From Planctomycetota bacterium (GTDB lineage: Bacteria > Planctomycetota > UBA8108 > SXIK01), in NCBI GenBank assembly GCA_965223845.1, contig CBDCXR010000004.1:32001-96000 (forward strand): a stretch of 64,000 nucleotides of DNA, read 5' to 3'. The position numbers were made by a program, and so were the translations under genes. Positions 59,002 through 64,000 of this stretch are shown here, in pieces; position 1 is the first letter of the stretch, and each line of letters starts with the position of its first letter. Below the pieces are notes generated by a model. That model had not been told where the DNA came from. It was given only the letters and a program-made list of their open reading frames with translations, and ran no database searches.

Positions 59002-60819
59002 ATGAGTCTCGACGCGCTTCTTCTTCGCTTCGCTCTTCTCTCGACGGTCGTTGCGAGTGGAGCGACGGGACTCGATCTCGCAGCACAGCTCGACGAATCC
59101 GCGTCGATCGGCGAAGCTCCTAGCGGGGCGAAGTCCAAACCTTCGCGTACTCTCGTCTACAAGACGGTCGGCGATGTCGAGCTCCGCCTTCACGTCTTCG
59201 ATCCGCCGGGACTCGCTCCGGGTGATCGCCGCGCCGCCATCGTTTTCTTCCACGGCGGCTCCTGGGTCGGCGGCGACCCGAACCAGTTCTATCCTCAGTG
59301 CCGCCATCTCGCCTCGCGCGGAATGGTCGCGATCTCCGCGGAGTACCGCCTGAAGAGCCGTCACGGGACCACTCCGTTCGACTGCGTTCGCGACGGCAAG
59401 TCGGCACTTCGCTGGGTGCGCGCGCACGCGGCGGAGCTCGGGATCGATCCGGAGCGAATTGCCGCGGGTGGGGGATCCGCCGGCGGACACGTCGCAGCGG
59501 CGGTTGCGACGGTGGCGGGACTCGACGAGCACGGCGAGGACCGTTCGGTTTCTTGCGTGCCCGCGGCGCTCGCTCTCTTCAATCCGGTCTACGACAACGG
59601 ACCGGGCGGGTGGGGTCACGCGAAGGTCCGCGACCGCTACTGGGAGATCTCGCCGCTCCACAACGTCCGACGGGGAATCCCTCCCGCAATCGTGTTCTTT
59701 GGGACCAAGGATCGACTCGTTCCCGTGCGCACGGCGAAGAACTTCCAGCGCGCGATGCTCGACGCGGGAAGTCGGAGCGAGCTCGTCCTCTTCGACGGCG
59801 AAGGCCACGGTTTTTTCAATCCCGGACGGGGAAACGGGCGCGGGTATCCGGAAACACTTGCGGCGCTCGACCGTTTCCTCACGTCGCTCGGCTTCCTCGA
59901 CCCATCGCCCGACGGAGACGCCGAGCTTGACGGACATGATCCACTGTCTCCCGATCTTCCGGGCGTCGTCATCGCCGACAATCGCGCATACGGTTCGCTC
60001 CATCGCGCGGGATACAACGGCGTCTCCGAGCTCCTGGATGCCACGGGACGAAATCTCTTCGTGCCGTTCTACGCCGGGCTCAATTTCGAGCACATCTTTA
60101 GCGGCGACCATACGACGTATGCGTGGAGCATCTTCGAGCCGCGGCGATTCCCGATGCGTCTCGTTCGCACTTCGACGAATGTTCTCGAGCTGCGCCAGCC
60201 GCGCACCGAGAACTGGCCGCTCCGAACGACGATGACGTTCACCGCGGCCGCTTCTGACTCGATTGATCTGGTCGTGCGCTGCGTCCCGCTCCGCGACGCC
60301 TGGGCGAAACACGGCTACATCGGCCTCTTCTTCGCGTCTTACATCGACTCGCCCAGCGATCGATCGATCCACTTCATCGGTCGGTCGCGTCCCGGTCGCG
60401 GCGATTCGGCGCCGCGGTGGATCACTCACCTCTCACCGAATCACGGCACGACATCGTCCCACCGACCGGCCGGGAGCAACTGGGATCCGCCGCTCGACCC
60501 GGGCTTCGAGATCAGTCTCGCTGCGGGCCACTCGGATTACGAGTACACCGCGCCGTTCTACTTCGGCGTCTCTCACGGGAAGGCGATCGTCTTCCTCTTC
60601 GAGAAGCCGGCGGGCGACGACGAGCTTCGGTTCGCCCAGTCACCTACGGGCGGCGGCCGAACGAACCCGGCCTGGGACTTCGTCTTCTACAAGCGCGACT
60701 ATCGTGTCGGCGAGGAGTTTTCGTTTCGCATGCGCCTTGTGATTCGCGAATTCACGAATCGCGCGGACATCGCCCGCCTTTACGAAGAGTGGTCCGGCCA
60801 GCGCGTCGAGGTGCGCTAG
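59002..60819 (+). CDS. Secreted alpha/beta hydrolase (BD-FAE-like) fused to a beta-rich C-terminal domain
   Basis: HGGSW, GGSAGGH, GTKD, GEGHGFFN; second domain begins GYNGVSEL..FYAGLNFEH. Confidence 0.88.
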   Translation: MSLDALLLRFALLSTVVASGATGLDLAAQLDESASIGEAPSGAKSKPSRTLVYKTVGDVELRLHVFDPPGLAPGDRRAAIVFFHGGSWVGGDPNQFYPQCRHLASRGMVAISAEYRLKSRHGTTPFDCVRDGKSALRWVRAHAAELGIDPERIAAGGGSAGGHVAAAVATVAGLDEHGEDRSVSCVPAALALFNPVYDNGPGGWGHAKVRDRYWEISPLHNVRRGIPPAIVFFGTKDRLVPVRTAKNFQRAMLDAGSRSELVLFDGEGHGFFNPGRGNGRGYPETLAALDRFLTSLGFLDPSPDGDAELDGHDPLSPDLPGVVIADNRAYGSLHRAGYNGVSELLDATGRNLFVPFYAGLNFEHIFSGDHTTYAWSIFEPRRFPMRLVRTSTNVLELRQPRTENWPLRTTMTFTAAASDSIDLVVRCVPLRDAWAKHGYIGLFFASYIDSPSDRSIHFIGRSRPGRGDSAPRWITHLSPNHGTTSSHRPAGSNWDPPLDPGFEISLAAGHSDYEYTAPFYFGVSHGKAIVFLFEKPAGDDELRFAQSPTGGGRTNPAWDFVFYKRDYRVGEEFSFRMRLVIREFTNRADIARLYEEWSGQRVEVR

Positions 60820-60850
60820 CTTCGACGAGAGCTGGGGAAGCGCGCCTCGG

Positions 60851-62674
60851 CTACCGCCGAGCTCCCACCGCTGCCGTGTCGAGCTCGTTCGCGCGCTCGC
60901 CATAAATTTGCGCTCCGCTCGCGTCGCCCGCTCGGTCGAGCACGATCGAGTAGGCGCGATAGACGGCCGCATAGAACTGCGCCGCGACGATCTCGCCCGC
61001 GGACCCCGGCGGTCGCTTCGCTCCGATCTCGTCGAGCCCCGCGGGGCGAATCTCGAGCGACTCGCGGAGAAGCGCGACTGCGCTGTGCCAATCTCCCGCG
61101 CCCGTGAGTTCTTTGAGCCGCCGGTCGTAGTAGCCGCGATAGGCGATGACATAGTCTTCCGCGCGAACGAGAGGCTCGTCGGCCGGTCTCGATGGCGGGA
61201 TCGCCGCTCCGAGAAACACGGTTGCCGCGACGGTTCCGATGCCGAGCGCGATTCTCTTCTCGGCGAACCAACGAACGATCTGAGTCGCGGCGAGCGCCGC
61301 GAACGGAATGAGAGCCGCCGCGAACGGCGCACGGAATCGCGCGAGCACGTAGAACCCGAGGAGCGTCGCTGCGTGAAGGGCGAGGAGGAGTAGGAGCGGT
61401 CCGGTTCCTCGGCGTCTCGCGCCGAGAACGAGCCCTACGATTCCGAGCGGGCCGACGACGAAAAACGTAAACGGCAGGAATCGAAGGACGATCGAGTGCA
61501 ATCGGTAGTAGTAGAAGTTGACGTTATTCGGCTGCTCGTGCGAATCCCACATGAGGCGCAGCTTCTTTCCGAGCTGATCGGCGTAACTCCACACGCTGTC
61601 GTGCGTCTTCAGCGTCGCGATCGCCGTTGCCCCCAGGTGACCGTCCGACTGTGCGAGGACGCGCGCGAGATGCTTCGCCTCCGGATAGAACCCTCGCTCG
61701 GGTTCGAACTCCCCGGCGTTCGCCGCTGCGAACGCCACTCCACCGACGCTCGAAAGGCTGAATGGGGAGACGCCGACGGTTGCATTTCGCGCAGCGACAG
61801 GGAGTAGCGCCGCCGCGAATCCGATGCCGAGTGCGCCGATGAGTCTTACGGTGACGCGCGGCTGCTCTCGCCCGCGGATCGACGCGATCACCGCCGCCCC
61901 GAGAGGAAGCACGAGAAGGGTCGGTTTGAGAGTCACGGCAGCGCCGCACGCGAGCCCAGTGAAAAGCCAACACCGGACCGTTCGTTTCTCGAGCGCGAGA
62001 GTGATCAGATAAACGACGGCGAGCCCCGCGAAGGTGATCATCGAGGAACGGATCATCACCCCCTCGAAGAAGAGAATCGGGCCGCAGAGCGCGAAGAAGA
62101 GTCCCGCGACGATGCCCGTCAGCTCGCCGAAAAGACGTCGCGCGAGGAGATAAGCGAGAAGGGTCGAGACGACACCGAGCAGCATCTGCGCCGCGAACAC
62201 CCACTGGCGATCGGTCCCGACGAGCGACTCGGTGATCGCGACGAAATACGGATAGAGCGGCGCTTGATGGAATCGTTTCCCGCCGTGCCAGCGATCCCAG
62301 ACGGCTTCCGACGCGCTCGCGAGATCTTCTCGCTCAGCCGCGATGTCCGCGGCCCGCGCTTCCTCTTCCGGATACGCGCGAAAGTACTCCTCCGCGACGG
62401 CTGCGTGCCAACCGAAGTGCGGGTGAAGAGCGCGGTCGAGCAGCCAGTCGCCGCCGCTCAGTCGATTCGCCCAGTCCGCGAAGAAACGCATGTCCGTTTC
62501 GGGGCACCGATCGAACTCGCGACACGGCGAGTTTGCGATCTCGGCGAAGTACGCTCCGCGAACGATCGCCGCAAGCGCGATGAGAATGAGCACCGAGCTC
62601 CTTCGGTGGCGCTCGAGCCATCGGTCGACGGAGCCGAGCCCCCGTGCGCGCGGAGGTGGCGCCTCGCCGGACAT
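60851..62674 (-). CDS. ArnT/PMT-like GT-C membrane glycosyltransferase
   Basis: FHQAPLYPYF, many TM helices, FYVLARFRAP. Confidence 0.88.
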   Translation of the reverse strand: MSGEAPPPRARGLGSVDRWLERHRRSSVLILIALAAIVRGAYFAEIANSPCREFDRCPETDMRFFADWANRLSGGDWLLDRALHPHFGWHAAVAEEYFRAYPEEEARAADIAAEREDLASASEAVWDRWHGGKRFHQAPLYPYFVAITESLVGTDRQWVFAAQMLLGVVSTLLAYLLARRLFGELTGIVAGLFFALCGPILFFEGVMIRSSMITFAGLAVVYLITLALEKRTVRCWLFTGLACGAAVTLKPTLLVLPLGAAVIASIRGREQPRVTVRLIGALGIGFAAALLPVAARNATVGVSPFSLSSVGGVAFAAANAGEFEPERGFYPEAKHLARVLAQSDGHLGATAIATLKTHDSVWSYADQLGKKLRLMWDSHEQPNNVNFYYYRLHSIVLRFLPFTFFVVGPLGIVGLVLGARRRGTGPLLLLLALHAATLLGFYVLARFRAPFAAALIPFAALAATQIVRWFAEKRIALGIGTVAATVFLGAAIPPSRPADEPLVRAEDYVIAYRGYYDRRLKELTGAGDWHSAVALLRESLEIRPAGLDEIGAKRPPGSAGEIVAAQFYAAVYRAYSIVLDRAGDASGAQIYGERANELDTAAVGARR

Positions 62675-62697
62675 CGGTTTCTCGCCCGGGAGAGTGT

Positions 62698-63999
62698 TCA
62701 GATGCGCCTCCCGCTGCCCTGCGCTACGGTGATCGTTCGATCGATTCCCGCTGCGGTGAACTCCTCGCGTGAGCCGTCCGGCCACACGACGATCAGTCGT
62801 TCGACGCGCGTCGCGTCGCCGAGACCGAAATGCGCGATCGGCTCACTCGCCGACTGAAAGCTGTGCGCGGTGACGATCGGCCGCGTTTGCCGGGTACCGT
62901 CGTGCTCGATCGACACGCTGGCACCGAGTGCATCACGTGCTCCGACTCGCGCGCGAACGCGGAGCCAATGCGATCCACTCGGGGCGTCGGTACTAAAGAC
63001 CCTGAGTCGGTCGCCGATGCTCGTCGTCACGAGATCGAGATCGCCGTCCGCGTCGAGGTCGCCGAACGCGAGGGTCCGACTGACCTCGGCGCCGCGCGTG
63101 AACGCTCCACCGCGCTCGGGCGAATGGAGAAACCTGCCGTTCGCCTGAAGGAAGAGTTGGTCGGGCTCGGCGTAGGCGTTCCAGAACGATCCTTCGTCGG
63201 CCTCAGCGTGCACCGTTCCTCGCGCCACGCGACCGTTGACGGCGACGAGGTCGAGATCGCCGTCGTGATCGAAGTCGAAGAAGCCGCATCCCCAAGCGGT
63301 GTAGGGGAGACTTTTCGCACCGACGCCCGACGTCGCCGAGACGTCGTCGAAGCGCACCGCACCTTCGTCGAGATCGCTTCGATAGAGCGTGTTCGTCTGA
63401 TCGAATCGGTGGGTGACGAGAAGATCGAAATGTCCGTCCCGATTGATGTCACCGATCGCGACGCCCATTCCCGCCTCGGCCTGACTCCCTCCGTTCACCG
63501 CGACACCGCGCTCGAACGCTTCGTCGGCGAACGTGTCATCGCCTCGGTTCACGTAGAGCTGATTCGGCTTCATGTCGTTCGCGACGTAGATGTCGACCCA
63601 GCCGTCGCCGGTGAGATCGACGCAGACGACTCCGAGCCCCGGCGCGGCGCGAGTGATTCCCGCCGCCGCCGAAACGTCGATGAATCCATCGGCACCGTCA
63701 TTTCGGTAGAGACGATCGACGAGATCGACGAACTTCTCCGGCCCGCAGTAGTCCGGCGGCTCGTCGAGGCTCACCCGGCAGACCGGCCGCGGATCCGGAA
63801 CTACGTACCGTGTTACATAGAGATCGAGATCGCCGTCGCGATCGTAGTCGAAGAAGGCAGCGGAAGAGCTCCATGCACTGCCGGCGATCTCTCCGAACCC
63901 CGTCCGCGGGGTGAACGAACCGTCGCCGCGATTCTCGTACAAACGATCCACGCCGAGGTTCGCGATGAATACATCCACGTCGCCGTCGTCGTCGATGTC
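62698..63999 (-). CDS. CRTAC1 family protein (FG-GAP repeats + ASPIC/UnbV), 5'-truncated by window edge
   Basis: Repeated DxDxDGDLD, AGMGVAIGD, HFGLG..VVWPDG. Confidence 0.93.
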   Translation of the reverse strand, partial: DIDDDGDVDVFIANLGVDRLYENRGDGSFTPRTGFGEIAGSAWSSSAAFFDYDRDGDLDLYVTRYVVPDPRPVCRVSLDEPPDYCGPEKFVDLVDRLYRNDGADGFIDVSAAAGITRAAPGLGVVCVDLTGDGWVDIYVANDMKPNQLYVNRGDDTFADEAFERGVAVNGGSQAEAGMGVAIGDINRDGHFDLLVTHRFDQTNTLYRSDLDEGAVRFDDVSATSGVGAKSLPYTAWGCGFFDFDHDGDLDLVAVNGRVARGTVHAEADEGSFWNAYAEPDQLFLQANGRFLHSPERGGAFTRGAEVSRTLAFGDLDADGDLDLVTTSIGDRLRVFSTDAPSGSHWLRVRARVGARDALGASVSIEHDGTRQTRPIVTAHSFQSASEPIAHFGLGDATRVERLIVVWPDGSREEFTAAGIDRTITVAQGSGRRI

Positions 64000-64000
64000 T

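Noticed and set aside
1-64000. Abundant TCGA/CGATCG words and many long antisense ORFs
   Set aside because: Explained by high GC and codon pairs such as CTC-GAG and ATC-GAC; used only as a qualitative marker of native versus island DNA.

Overview
GC-rich bacterial chromosome window, most consistent with a planctomycete (DUF1501, H-X9-DG pseudopilin, CRTAC1/ASPIC and dockerin-tailed surface proteins). All family calls are by-eye motif recognition, not database hits. The left ~50 kb holds housekeeping and envelope genes: yacG (partial), tilS, rsgA, two ECF sigma/anti-sigma pairs, a DUF4388/MshEN-like cluster, two tandem PKD-cohesin-dockerin proteins, two RND efflux operons and several hydrolases. 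Three things stand out. (1) A ~3.4-kb integrase-less island in tRNA-Pro(TGG) (45-bp att duplication at 55245-55289 and 58636-58680, with arm-type repeats). It carries one minus-strand operon: a 3-TM membrane protein, an array of four related Pro-rich micropeptides sharing a GQxxP(K/R) core (absent from the ORF track as such), a frameshifted Zn-finger/helical protein and an SRA-HNH modification-dependent nuclease. (2) An exported thioredoxin-fold protein split by an in-frame TGA (GCT*NNG) with a SECIS-like hairpin right after it, probably a SelN-like selenoprotein (42170-43726). (3) A His/Cys-rich leader ORF ending in RGPP upstream of a heavy-metal RND operon.
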